A DNA stretch of 64,000 nt. It comes from Candidatus Krumholzibacteriales bacterium (lineage in GTDB: Bacteria > Krumholzibacteriota > Krumholzibacteriia > Krumholzibacteriales > WJIX01). The stretch is taken from NCBI GenBank assembly GCA_046483305.1, contig JAWODM010000018.1, forward strand, positions 28,360 through 92,359, read 5' to 3'. Shown here one piece after another: positions 26,159-36,001 of this stretch. The position numbers and the translations under genes are program-made. The notes beneath the pieces were generated by a model, which did no database searches, was not told the origin of the DNA, and worked only from the letters and a program-made list of their open reading frames with translations. Every line of letters begins with the position of its first letter. Within the stretch, counting starts at the first letter, position 1.

Positions 26159-28417
26159 ATGTTGAAGAAGCCGGCGGTCAGGAAAATCGAACAGATGCTG
26201 CGTAAAGCTCTCCGGGAGGGCCGCTCCAGCCTTTTCGAGCACGAAGTTTATGATATTCTGGACCTGGCCGGCATGGAAACACCCGCGCACTTCTTTATCA
26301 GCGGCCCGGAGGAAGCGAAAGCGGAGATAACCGGCAAGGCGGTATGCAAACTGATATCCCCCGGAATGGTTCACCGCACTGAATTCGGCGGAATAAAATT
26401 CATAGAAGCCACAGACGAGAATATAAAATCCGCTTTCAGCGAATTCTCCGGGATAGCCGGTGAGGCCGGCGTTGAATTCTCCGGGATGCTGGTCGCCGAA
26501 TACCTTGAAATAGAGGAATCTATCCCCCGCCAGTTGATTCTGTCCCTGCGCCAGGACCGCTCTTTCGGCCCGGTGGTGGTCATGGGCCCGGGCGGAACCG
26601 GTACCGAAATCTACCGGGAGAATTTCAGGGAAGACAGGGGGCTTCTGCTGACAACCCCGGAAACTGTAAGGGACAGGGAAAGAATTGAAAAGCTGCTGAA
26701 CAATAATGTTCTCTTTCCGATTATCGCCGGCAAAACCAGGATATCAAAGGAGCCTCTGATAGAGCCGGATAGATTGATGGACATCCTGGCGATCTTCGCC
26801 GAACTGGCGGAAGTATTTTCCCGGTCTTCAACCCTCTCGGAATTCACTATTGAAGAGCTGGAGGTGAATCCCCTGCAGATCAGGGACGGAAAGGCGGTGG
26901 CTCTGGATGGCCTGCTGAAGTTTTCCAGAAGCAAGCACCGGCCTGGACGCAGGAACCAGGATAATATAAAGCGGCTTCTCGCTCCCGAAAAAGTTCTGAT
27001 GATTGGAGCGTCCGCCAGCAGGAAGAATATGGGGCGGCAGATACTGAAGAACCTTTCAAGGAGCGGGGACAGGATAAAAAAGGATAACATTCTGGCGCTG
27101 CATCCGGACCCCGGAGTGAACGAGATCGAAGGAGTAAGATCGATAAGCAGCCTCGGGGAAATCGAGGGTAAAGTGGACCTGGCCGTGATAACCGTGCCGG
27201 CGTCTGATATCCTGGTGGAGATGATAGAGAAGATCATCCGCCAGGAACTGGCATCATCGCTGATACTGATATCGGCCGGTTTTGATGAAACCGAAAAGGG
27301 GGCCGGTTACTCGGAAAGGCTCAAGAAGACCCTCAAGGAACAGCAGGAATCATCAGATTCCTGCCCGGTAATAAACGGGCCCAACTGTATGGGCATAGTA
27401 TCTGGGCCCGGAGGCTATAATACCTTCTTTCTCCCCGACTACAAGATTTCCTATACGGGAAAGTATGGAAAGAACTCCGCTTTTATCAGCCAGAGCGGAG
27501 CTTTCGTGGTAACCATGAAGAACATCCTCACCCGGATAGATCCCGCCTACCAGATAACGGTGGGAAACCAGATTGACCTGACGGTGACCGACCACCTGGA
27601 TACCATTGGCAAAGACGAAAATATTGATACCTTCTTTCTCTACCTGGAAGGTTTCAAGCGGCTGGGAGGCAGAAGGTTCCTGGAAACGGCGCGGCGCCTG
27701 ATCGGATCGGGAAAGAAGATTGTCGCGTACAAGGCCGGCCGGACCAGCGAGGGCGCGGCGGCGGTGGCATCGCATACCGCCGCCATGGCGGGTGATTATT
27801 TTATGTTCAAAAAGCTGCTGAAACAGGAAGGCATCCTACTCGCGGAGACCCTGGATGAATTCGAAGACTGCATGAAAATATTCTCTATGCTGACCGGAGA
27901 GGTTCCCGCCGGTAACCGGGTGGGTATAATAAGCGACGCGGGGTACGAATGTTCCTCCGCCTCGGATACGCTGGGAGACCTGGACCTGGCATCTTTCAGC
28001 GAGGATACTATGGCCGGTCTTACAGAGGATCTTCCCGATATAGTAAATGCCAGAAACCCGGTAGATTCCACTCCCGCGATCGGCACCGCCGCGTACGGCA
28101 GGTGCGTTAAAAAGATCATCAACGATCCCAATACCGACTGTATAATCATCTCCAATGTGGCATCAACCGCAACCCAGGAGAACCTCCCCCCGGGCGAAGG
28201 CCACGACGAGAATATCTACAATGAAAACTCTCATCCCAATACCCTTATCAGACTGGTAAAGAGCACCGGAAAACCGGCGGTAATATCCATGAACGGCGGC
28301 GGTATATACGACCCGGCGGTGGAACTGATGGAAGAGGCGGGGCTCTGTGTTTTCAGAAAGATCGACCGGGCGGTACGGGCGATGGACAGGTTTGTACGAT
28401 ATTCAATAAGTTCTTAA
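26159..28417 (+). CDS. ADP-forming (NDP-forming) acetate/acyl-CoA ligase family protein, fused beta-alpha domain order
   Basis: 752 aa. N-terminal ATP-grasp part (LFEHEVYDILDLAGMETP...HRTEFGGIKF). Then a CoA-binding Rossmann domain (VLMIGASASRKNMG) and a succinyl-CoA-synthetase-like domain with the phospho-His context VASHTAAMAG. Confidence 0.8.
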   Translation: MLKKPAVRKIEQMLRKALREGRSSLFEHEVYDILDLAGMETPAHFFISGPEEAKAEITGKAVCKLISPGMVHRTEFGGIKFIEATDENIKSAFSEFSGIAGEAGVEFSGMLVAEYLEIEESIPRQLILSLRQDRSFGPVVVMGPGGTGTEIYRENFREDRGLLLTTPETVRDRERIEKLLNNNVLFPIIAGKTRISKEPLIEPDRLMDILAIFAELAEVFSRSSTLSEFTIEELEVNPLQIRDGKAVALDGLLKFSRSKHRPGRRNQDNIKRLLAPEKVLMIGASASRKNMGRQILKNLSRSGDRIKKDNILALHPDPGVNEIEGVRSISSLGEIEGKVDLAVITVPASDILVEMIEKIIRQELASSLILISAGFDETEKGAGYSERLKKTLKEQQESSDSCPVINGPNCMGIVSGPGGYNTFFLPDYKISYTGKYGKNSAFISQSGAFVVTMKNILTRIDPAYQITVGNQIDLTVTDHLDTIGKDENIDTFFLYLEGFKRLGGRRFLETARRLIGSGKKIVAYKAGRTSEGAAAVASHTAAMAGDYFMFKKLLKQEGILLAETLDEFEDCMKIFSMLTGEVPAGNRVGIISDAGYECSSASDTLGDLDLASFSEDTMAGLTEDLPDIVNARNPVDSTPAIGTAAYGRCVKKIINDPNTDCIIISNVASTATQENLPPGEGHDENIYNENSHPNTLIRLVKSTGKPAVISMNGGGIYDPAVELMEEAGLCVFRKIDRAVRAMDRFVRYSISS

Positions 28418-28536
28418 CAAGACCAGATACAGGCCGGAGAGAGATCCGGAGGAACTGATCCGAGGCATCAGCTCCTGAAAGTAATCAGAGAGAGAGTCCG
28501 CCCTGTATGGGTGTTCAAAAAACCTGCAGCCGTTCA

Positions 28537-28627
28537 ATCTACTCCCGCCGGTGGGAGTAGATCTGAGCGAAAAATATCTGTTAAATCTGAAAAACCTGAC
28601 AGATCCACTCCCAACGTTGGGAGTGGA
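28537..28627. repeat. pair of related perfect hairpins (ACTCCC-N6-GGGAGT core) between convergent genes
   Basis: ATCTACTCCC-gccggt-GGGAGTAGAT (28537-28562) and TCCACTCCC-aacgtt-GGGAGTGGA (28604-28627). On the minus strand the second is followed by a T-run (GGTTTTT), so a terminator role is possible. Confidence 0.5.
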
Positions 28628-28740
28628 GAAAAGTCAGTTGAATGTTCTCAACCTGTATCTATCACTCTTAAAACCTCCGGCCAGGGCCCGGCTATCAACC
28701 GGGAGCGGAGCGCTGAAATTCAGTATCTCTTTTTTAAACT

Positions 28741-29256
28741 TCAGGTTTTCTTCAGGGTTAACTCCCAGTACACAACTCCCGAAAGAGGGTTTTCATAGTA
28801 CGGCTCTATTTTTCGAAAACCGAGAGAACGGTAGAGAGCCATCGCTTCGGTGAGCCTGTCAAGGGTGTCCAGCCGCATCAGGGTATATCCAAGCTCTCCG
28901 GCGGCCTTGATAATTCTCCCGGCAAGCGCTCTTCCAACCCCCCTCCCCCTGGCCTCCGGCCTTACAAACAGACGCTTCATCTCGCACACATCGTCATCGA
29001 GCCTTCGAACCGCCACGCAGCCTGTCATCCTTTTTCCGTCAATCGCTACCAGCAACTCCCCTTCCGGACGGCGGTAATCTCCGGGCAGCGAGGCCAGTTC
29101 CTCCCGGAAATTCTGGAAGCCCAGATGAACACCCAGGAATTCCCGGTATTCCCTGAACAGGACGCGCACCTCTTCTATCTCTGATTCGGTTTCAGCTCTC
29201 TTGATTATCATATATCCCAGCATCTCTCCGGCTGCCGGCCGGATAACCCCTGCCAT
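28741..29256 (-). CDS. GNAT-family N-acetyltransferase
   Basis: 171-aa ORF. Acetyl-CoA binding motif RPEARGRGVGRAL. The start is ambiguous (M1, M12 or M16 = 29211). Confidence 0.8.
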   Translation of the reverse strand: MAGVIRPAAGEMLGYMIIKRAETESEIEEVRVLFREYREFLGVHLGFQNFREELASLPGDYRRPEGELLVAIDGKRMTGCVAVRRLDDDVCEMKRLFVRPEARGRGVGRALAGRIIKAAGELGYTLMRLDTLDRLTEAMALYRSLGFRKIEPYYENPLSGVVYWELTLKKT

Positions 29257-29866
29257 TATTATTCAAGAATACTACTATTTTTTATCATTCCTTTACGGAT
29301 ATCAATGATTTAGAACCGGTTGGCGAAAATTGATCCGGTTATTTACGGAAGCGGCAACAGGGAGGCCGATGGCAGCCCGTTCCAATCCGGTACCATACTG
29401 CATATATCAGAAACTTACTATCAGCGTCATACTTCGGCCGGCCAGCCTGATTCCGGATGAAACCAGCGGAAAGGGGCGGCTCAACCCGGGGTTTGAACCT
29501 GAGCCGAAAAGACGGCCGGGAGCCGGGATACCCCGGCTATGAAGAGATATCAGCCACCCCGGGAGGGCTGCCCGGGTTTTCCCGGATATCGGGAGATACC
29601 CTACACGAAGCGAGGCCTCTGCCGTGGGGAGAAAAAAATAGAGTCCGGTTTCCAGGATGGTTGACTGCATGGCTGCAAAAAGTTAAAGTAATAAGAGAAA
29701 AATATCATTGAAGTAATGACATTCTGATGAGAAGCAGATTGATTCATGAGTCTCCGGGGTCCTCTGCATAACAGCCGGCGCGGCAGCGGGATTATTGATT
29801 AACCGGACTGTTCGGCTCCATGCAGCCCGGCGCGGAAAAGGAACTGAGGGCAATAAAATAACAGGT

Positions 29867-31138
29867 ATGATTGAACGTATAAAATTCCTGATTAATCGTA
29901 TCAGAGAGCGACTGTGGGTAAAGCCTCTTGCAATGAGCCTGCTATCCATTGCCGCCGCGCTGGTCGCCAGAATAGCCGACAGTACCAACCTCGGCCTGGT
30001 GGTGCCAGTTGTTTCGACCGACTCCATCGATACTCTCCTGTCCATCATGGCCGCCAGTATGCTGACTATCGCTATCTTTGCGGTGGGGGCAATGGTGGCG
30101 GCCTATTCATCGGCGAGCAACACGGCATCGCCGAGGTCGTTTACACTGATAATCGCCGACGATATCTCTCAACGGGCCCTGTCAACTTTCATTGGAGCAT
30201 TTATTTTCAGCATTGTGGGGCTGGTGGCTTCAAAGAATGAATTTTTCGAAAGGGCAGGGAGTTTTGTCCTTTTTCTATTCACCCTGGCGATGTTCGGAAT
30301 AGTCGTTGTACGGTTCGTCCGCTGGGTTGATCGAATTGCCCGGCTTGGCCGCCTTGGCAACACTATTCATAAAGTGGAAGAAGCCACCGCGGAGGCGATG
30401 AAGCGGTACCGGGATGCCCCGGCGGTTAAATGCCTGCCGGCAGGTTCAGTGCGGAGCCCGGATCATGCCATATACCCTGATTCCGTCGGTTACGTGCAGC
30501 GAATCGATCTCTCCAAACTGCAGTCCTGCACCATAAAGATTGATGGGCAGATTAAGGTTGAAGTCCTTCCGGGAGCCTTTATAACTCCAACTCGCCCGCT
30601 TGCGTACGTCAGTGGAGAATCTCAGTCTGATGAGGATTTTGACGAAAGGGAGGTAGTTGAGGCCTTTCTGATCGGGGAAAGCCGGATGTTCGATAATGAC
30701 CCGCGTTACGGCCTGGTGGTGATGTCGCAAATCGCTGACCGGGCGCTCTCGCCGGCGGTTAATGATTACGGAACCGCAATCGATATCATCGGAATCCTGG
30801 TGCGGCTGTTCGTGATGTGGGCCGCTCCCGGCGAGGAAGAATCCGATTCGGAGGCAGAATATGACCGTGTCGAGGTTCCTGAGTTATCAGTCCGGGATAT
30901 GTTTGACGACGCGTTCACGGCGATTGCCCGTGACGGAAGCGGTGCAGTGGAGGTGGCGACCCGAATACAGCAATCTCTATCCTCTCTGGCATTGATTGGT
31001 GATTCTTCAATGCGCGAAGCCGCAATACACCATGCCCGCCGGGCTCTTGCCTATGCGGAGAAACGGCTGGACAACCCCCAGGATCTTGAATTGGTTCGCG
31101 AGCTGGCGGATTTCGCGAGAAAAGAGAATAACTCCTGA
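29867..31138 (+). CDS. DUF2254-family membrane protein
   Basis: Start taken at MIERIKFLINRIRERLWVKPL (ATG 29867). Four N-terminal TM helices followed by a soluble domain of about 270 aa, which is the layout and N-terminal pattern of DUF2254 proteins. Confidence 0.55.
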   Translation: MIERIKFLINRIRERLWVKPLAMSLLSIAAALVARIADSTNLGLVVPVVSTDSIDTLLSIMAASMLTIAIFAVGAMVAAYSSASNTASPRSFTLIIADDISQRALSTFIGAFIFSIVGLVASKNEFFERAGSFVLFLFTLAMFGIVVVRFVRWVDRIARLGRLGNTIHKVEEATAEAMKRYRDAPAVKCLPAGSVRSPDHAIYPDSVGYVQRIDLSKLQSCTIKIDGQIKVEVLPGAFITPTRPLAYVSGESQSDEDFDEREVVEAFLIGESRMFDNDPRYGLVVMSQIADRALSPAVNDYGTAIDIIGILVRLFVMWAAPGEEESDSEAEYDRVEVPELSVRDMFDDAFTAIARDGSGAVEVATRIQQSLSSLALIGDSSMREAAIHHARRALAYAEKRLDNPQDLELVRELADFARKENNS

Positions 31139-31288
31139 TAAAATCGGCTTTATGTAATTTTCAGCCGGAACGGCACAGCTCAAAACGCGCGCGCCCTGAA
31201 AGTAAGAATATATTGCAAGGAGTAGAAACTCTATATGAAAGAGCGCCTGATGCCTCAAATCCTTCAGTTAATTCGTGGCAAAAAATAC

Positions 31289-31317
31289 TTGATTTGTCCG
31301 GGAACAGGTGATAATCT
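31289..31317 (+). promoter_or_regulatory. candidate sigma-70 promoter for the kdp operon (TTGATT-N17-TAATCT)
   Basis: TTGATT at 31289-31294, 17-nt spacer, TAATCT at 31312-31317. It lies about 88 nt upstream of kdpF. Confidence 0.35.
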
Positions 31318-31404
31318 ACCGCACTGTATGAGCTTTATCAGCGACGGGGGCCGGATGAGATCGTATCTCCGGCATGTTCAAAGATTAATCCTGGGGTTAG
31401 GGAC

Positions 31405-31491
31405 ATGAATGGACTGACATTCTGGTTGATTTTATGCGGTTTAATTTTCATTTATCTGGGATACGTTCTGATCAAACCGGAGAAGTTCTGA
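31405..31491 (+). CDS. kdpF: K+-transporting ATPase small subunit KdpF
   Basis: 28-codon ORF, not in the ORF track: MNGLTFWLILCGLIFIYLGYVLIKPEKF. It is a single TM helix with the KdpF-type C-terminus (L..PE.F). The TGA stop directly abuts the kdpA ATG (TGAATG). Confidence 0.7.
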   Translation: MNGLTFWLILCGLIFIYLGYVLIKPEKF

Positions 31492-33228
31492 ATGATTACT
31501 TCAATCCTGTTGCCTCTGATATTCTTCTTCCTGATTCTGGCGGCACTGGTATATATCCTTGGCGAATATCTGGCCTGGGTCTTTCGCAGGGAAATGGATA
31601 CGGGAAAAGATAAGGAATCCTCTGTACCGGTACTGACCAGATATCTCGAAAAGCCATTAATGGGGCCGTTGGAAAGATTCATATACAGGGTTTGCGGTAT
31701 CGACCCCGACCATTCGATGGGCTGGAAGGAATATTTCCTTTCGGGGTTTATCCTCAACGTAATTCTGTTCGTATTTCTCTATCTCGTGTTCATTCTTCAG
31801 GGAGCGTTCCCCCTTAATCCCGATGGAATGCCTGGAATCAGCTGGCACCTGGCCTTCCATAACGCCGCGACCTTCGTAAGCAACACCAATCAGCAGCACT
31901 ACTCCGGAGAGATCAGCCTGAGCTACTTCTCCCAATTGTTCGCTGTGGTCCTGGCCATGTTCCTGTCAGCCGGTACCGGGATGGCCTATATGGTAGGTTT
32001 TGCCAGGGGGTTGTTGAACAAGGAGGATCCTTACCTGGGAAACTTCTATACCGCCTTTATAAAATCCGTGTCCAGGTTCCTGCTGCCCCTGAGTTTCCTG
32101 GTCGCCCTGGTACTTCTTGCGCAGGGGGTCCCGCAGACGATGAAAGGGGCGGTGGAGGTGCAGACCCTGGAAGGAGCGGGCCAGGTTATCTCAAGGGGGC
32201 CGGTGGCGGCGCTGGAGGCGATCAAGATGGTCGGAACTAACGGGGGAGGGTTCTTCGGAGCCAACGCGGCGCATCCCTACGAGAATCCAACCCCTCTTAC
32301 CAACCTTCTGCTGAACCTGGTTCTGCTTGCGGCACCTATGGCCATGGTGTACGCTTTCGGCGTCTGGATGCGCAAAAGACGGCACGGAGTAATTATTCTA
32401 ACTGCGGCATTCCTTATAATCGTGGCGCTTCTGGGTATGGGTATCCTGGGAGAAACAGGACCCAATCCGGCCTTTCAGGAGTTGGGCCTTGACCAGTCTG
32501 CGGGGAACATGGAGGGTAAGGAAACCAGATTCGGTGTAACCCTTAGCGCCCTTTGGGGAGTTTCCACCACTTCGACCACCAGCGGAGCGGTAAACTCGAT
32601 GCATGACAGCTTCAATCCCCTGGGACAACTTGCCTTATTCCTGGGTATGAGCATGAACTGCCTGGTAGCCGGCGTTGGAACTGGATTGCTCAACCTGTTG
32701 ACCTATGTGCTTATCTGTGTTTTCATCGGGTCACAGATGGTGGGAAGAACGCCCAGCTACCTGGGAAAGAGAGTTGAACCATACGAAATCAAATGGGCCG
32801 CCATAATAATCCTGCTTCTCCCCACCCTGGTGCTGTTTCCCACCTCTCTGGCCCTGGTAACGGATACCGGCCGGGAAGGGATCACCAATTCCGGCTACCA
32901 CGGCCTGAGCCAGATAATATACGAATACTTTTCAGCCGCGGCTAATAACGGCAGCGGTTTTGAAGGGCTGAAGGACAATACGGTCTTTTATAACCTGTCC
33001 TGTGGAATCGTCATATTGGTGGCCCGGTATCTGCCGATACTTCTTCAGATGATAATTGCCGGTTCATTCGCCAGAAAGAAATTACGCCCTGAAACGGTTG
33101 GCACCATGAAAGTGGAAAGCATAGCTTTCCTGGTACTGTTCATAGGAGTGCTGATTATAATAAGCGGGCTGGTCTTTATCCCGGCTTTCGCTCTGGGCCC
33201 CATAGCGGAAATACTGCAAGGCCTGTAG
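31492..33228 (+). CDS. kdpA: K+-transporting ATPase subunit KdpA
   Basis: 578 aa polytopic protein. Position and length match KdpA, and it is followed by kdpB and kdpC. Confidence 0.92.
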   Translation: MITSILLPLIFFFLILAALVYILGEYLAWVFRREMDTGKDKESSVPVLTRYLEKPLMGPLERFIYRVCGIDPDHSMGWKEYFLSGFILNVILFVFLYLVFILQGAFPLNPDGMPGISWHLAFHNAATFVSNTNQQHYSGEISLSYFSQLFAVVLAMFLSAGTGMAYMVGFARGLLNKEDPYLGNFYTAFIKSVSRFLLPLSFLVALVLLAQGVPQTMKGAVEVQTLEGAGQVISRGPVAALEAIKMVGTNGGGFFGANAAHPYENPTPLTNLLLNLVLLAAPMAMVYAFGVWMRKRRHGVIILTAAFLIIVALLGMGILGETGPNPAFQELGLDQSAGNMEGKETRFGVTLSALWGVSTTSTTSGAVNSMHDSFNPLGQLALFLGMSMNCLVAGVGTGLLNLLTYVLICVFIGSQMVGRTPSYLGKRVEPYEIKWAAIIILLLPTLVLFPTSLALVTDTGREGITNSGYHGLSQIIYEYFSAAANNGSGFEGLKDNTVFYNLSCGIVILVARYLPILLQMIIAGSFARKKLRPETVGTMKVESIAFLVLFIGVLIIISGLVFIPAFALGPIAEILQGL

Positions 33229-33234
33229 GTAAAA

Positions 33235-35262
33235 ATGGAAAAGAAACAGATAAATCAGGCTCTTCGAGACTCCGTGGTCAAGCTCGACCCCAGGTACCTG
33301 GTCAAGAATCCGGTCCTGTTCGTAGTGGAGCTAACCACTATAGTTACCATCATGATGATGATCACCCCTGGTTTCTTCGCCGGCGCGGAAAGCAGAGCAT
33401 ATTACGGATTTATCGCCGGAATACTGATATTCACGCTTTTATTTGCAACATTTGCGGAATCCCTGGCCGAGGCTCAGGGCGAGGCTCACACCGAGAGCCT
33501 GCGGGCTATGAAAGAAAACGTCAGAGCAAACCGCCTGAAGAAAGATGTGCCGCTGAAGGAGATAAAGGAAGATGACTTCGAGGAGGTGGATGCGGAGGAG
33601 CTGCAAAAGGGCGACCTGATAATCGTCAGAAAGGGAGAGCAGATACCCGGGGACGGCACCATTGTGGAGGGGTCGGCTTCCATCGACGAGTCGGCGATTA
33701 CCGGCGAGGCAGAGCCGGTGATCCGCCAGAGCGGAACAGACGCCAGTTCTGTCACCGGCGGTACCGAGGTGCTGAGCGACCAGATAAAGGTTGAAATAAG
33801 TGTGGAGGCCGGAGAATCATTTCTGGATCAGATGATATCGATGGTGGAAAGCGCTAAACGGGAAAAAACCCCCAGTGAGATATCACTCACCGTACTGCTG
33901 GCCAGCTTTACCTTCATCTATATGCTTGTCATCAGCACTATGTCATTTTTCGGACGGTACGTTAACATGACAGTGGATGTGGCCAATCAGATAGCGCTGC
34001 TGATAGGGCTGATGCCCACCACCGTCGGAGCCCTCCTCTCGGCGATACGGATTGCCGGAATGACCAGGGTGACCAAACACAACGTTATAGCCAAATCTGG
34101 AAAAGCGGTGGAATCTGCCGGCGACCTGGACGTCCTGGTTCTGGACAAGACCGGAACCATTACCACCGGGGAACGGGTGACCATCGCCTTTATTCCACTG
34201 GGAGGCCATAGCGAGGAAGAAGTTGCCGAGGTGGCATTGAAGGCCTCTCTATACGATCAGACTACCGAGGGCCGCTCGGTGGTAGCACTGGCGAAACAGC
34301 AGGGCCTGGAGATCAATGAAGATGAACTTCCGGAAGACAACTTCGTGGAATTCTCCGCGGAAACCGGAATGAGCGGCATAAATCTGCCTGGCGGGCAGGA
34401 ATTACGCAAGGGGTCGCTGGAAGCTGTCAGAGAAGTAGCGGATTCCATTCCGGACGACCTGGAAGAGAAGGGAAACCAGGTCGCCGACTCAGGAGGAACC
34501 CCTCTCGCGGTTCTGGTGGACAGGGAGATCATCGGCATTATCCACCTCCAGGACGAATTGAAGGAAGGAATAGGAGAACGTATTGCAGAACTGCAGAAGA
34601 TGGGCATAAAAGCTGTAATGTGTACGGGTGATAACGAGCGTACCGCCCGTTATATTGCCGAAAAGGCGGGCATTGATGAATACTACTCAGGGTTCAAGCC
34701 GGAACAGAAAATAAATCTGGTCCGGGAGATTCGAGCGGAAGGCAATCTGGTCGGTATGACCGGCGACGGCACCAACGACGCCCCGGCTCTGGCACAGGCC
34801 GATCTGGGCCTTGCCATGAACGCGGGCACAGTGGCCGCCAAGGAAGCCGGCAATATGGTTGACCTGGATTCCGATCCGACAAAACTGATAGAGGTTGTCG
34901 GTATAGGCAAACAGCTACTGATGACCCGCGGTTCACTTACCACCTTCAGCATAGCCAACGATGTGTCCCGTTACTTCGCCCTGGTACCCGCTATTTTCGC
35001 CACCGGAGCGCCGATACTCGGCAAGATCAATCTGCTCAATCTGCACTCCGCCCAGAGCACCATTATTGCCTCGCTGATTTACAACGCCCTGATAATTCCT
35101 TTTCTGATACCGCTGGCTATGCGGGGGGTAGATTATAAACCGGTCAGCGCCTCAAGGCTGCTGACCAAGAACCTGTTGACATACGGGGGCGCCGGATTCG
35201 TGGCCCCCTTCATAAGCATCAAACTGATTGACTCTTTCCTGGTCTACCTCGGTTTTTTCTAG
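33235..35262 (+). CDS. kdpB: K+-transporting P-type ATPase subunit KdpB
   Basis: 675 aa. P-type motifs [23 protein letters not shown]. Confidence 0.95.
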   Translation: MEKKQINQALRDSVVKLDPRYLVKNPVLFVVELTTIVTIMMMITPGFFAGAESRAYYGFIAGILIFTLLFATFAESLAEAQGEAHTESLRAMKENVRANRLKKDVPLKEIKEDDFEEVDAEELQKGDLIIVRKGEQIPGDGTIVEGSASIDESAITGEAEPVIRQSGTDASSVTGGTEVLSDQIKVEISVEAGESFLDQMISMVESAKREKTPSEISLTVLLASFTFIYMLVISTMSFFGRYVNMTVDVANQIALLIGLMPTTVGALLSAIRIAGMTRVTKHNVIAKSGKAVESAGDLDVLVLDKTGTITTGERVTIAFIPLGGHSEEEVAEVALKASLYDQTTEGRSVVALAKQQGLEINEDELPEDNFVEFSAETGMSGINLPGGQELRKGSLEAVREVADSIPDDLEEKGNQVADSGGTPLAVLVDREIIGIIHLQDELKEGIGERIAELQKMGIKAVMCTGDNERTARYIAEKAGIDEYYSGFKPEQKINLVREIRAEGNLVGMTGDGTNDAPALAQADLGLAMNAGTVAAKEAGNMVDLDSDPTKLIEVVGIGKQLLMTRGSLTTFSIANDVSRYFALVPAIFATGAPILGKINLLNLHSAQSTIIASLIYNALIIPFLIPLAMRGVDYKPVSASRLLTKNLLTYGGAGFVAPFISIKLIDSFLVYLGFF

Positions 35263-35299
35263 ACCGGCGGGAGTATAATATCTGGAGGAACTCTGATAG

Positions 35300-36001
35300 A
35301 TGGTTGATGAAAAAGAATCAAAAGAAGAGCGGAAGAAGGAAAGCGAGGCTGCCCCGGCGGAATCCGGGGGCCGGATGGCTGCAGATGAGAAAGACGAGAA
35401 AGAGATTCCGACACCCGAACCGGAGCCCTTTCTGCGCCACTTCTCCAGCAGCCTGCGTTTGCTGATTGCCGGGGTACTGATTTACGCCGTGTTATATCCG
35501 GCCGTGCTCCTTCTGGCCGGAAAGGTCTTCTGGGGCGATAAATCCGAAGGAAGCATGGTTCATATTGACGGTAAAATTATCGGGGCAGAATTGATTGGGC
35601 AATCCTTCGTTTCAGAAAAGTTCTTTCATCCACGCCCCTCTTCCAAGGGATACGACGGGAGGAACAGCGGCTCGCAGAACCTGGGCCCATATAATGAAGC
35701 CCTGACCGAAAGGGTAACCGCCCGTCTCGGAGAACTTCAGGAGCAGGGCATCGCACCGGACGGAATCCCGGTCGGCTGGGTAACAGAGTCGGGTTCGGCC
35801 CTTGATCCCCATATAACGCCGGCGGCAGCCCTTCTCCAGGTCCGGCGGGTAAGCCGGGCTGCCGGCCTGCCTCGAGAGGATTTGGAAAGAATGATCGATA
35901 AGCACACTGAGAGAAAGACAATGTGGATATTCGGGCAGGAGAGAGTAAATGTGCTGATGCTGAATCTGGATGTTCAGAAACGTATGGAGGGATCTGAATG
36001 A
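35300..36001 (+). CDS. kdpC: K+-transporting ATPase subunit KdpC with ~50-aa charged N-terminal extension
   Basis: KdpC signature GSALDPHITPAAALLQVRRV plus a single TM helix. ATG 35300 has GGAGGA 10 nt upstream. An alternative start is M26. Confidence 0.85.
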   Translation: MVDEKESKEERKKESEAAPAESGGRMAADEKDEKEIPTPEPEPFLRHFSSSLRLLIAGVLIYAVLYPAVLLLAGKVFWGDKSEGSMVHIDGKIIGAELIGQSFVSEKFFHPRPSSKGYDGRNSGSQNLGPYNEALTERVTARLGELQEQGIAPDGIPVGWVTESGSALDPHITPAAALLQVRRVSRAAGLPREDLERMIDKHTERKTMWIFGQERVNVLMLNLDVQKRMEGSE

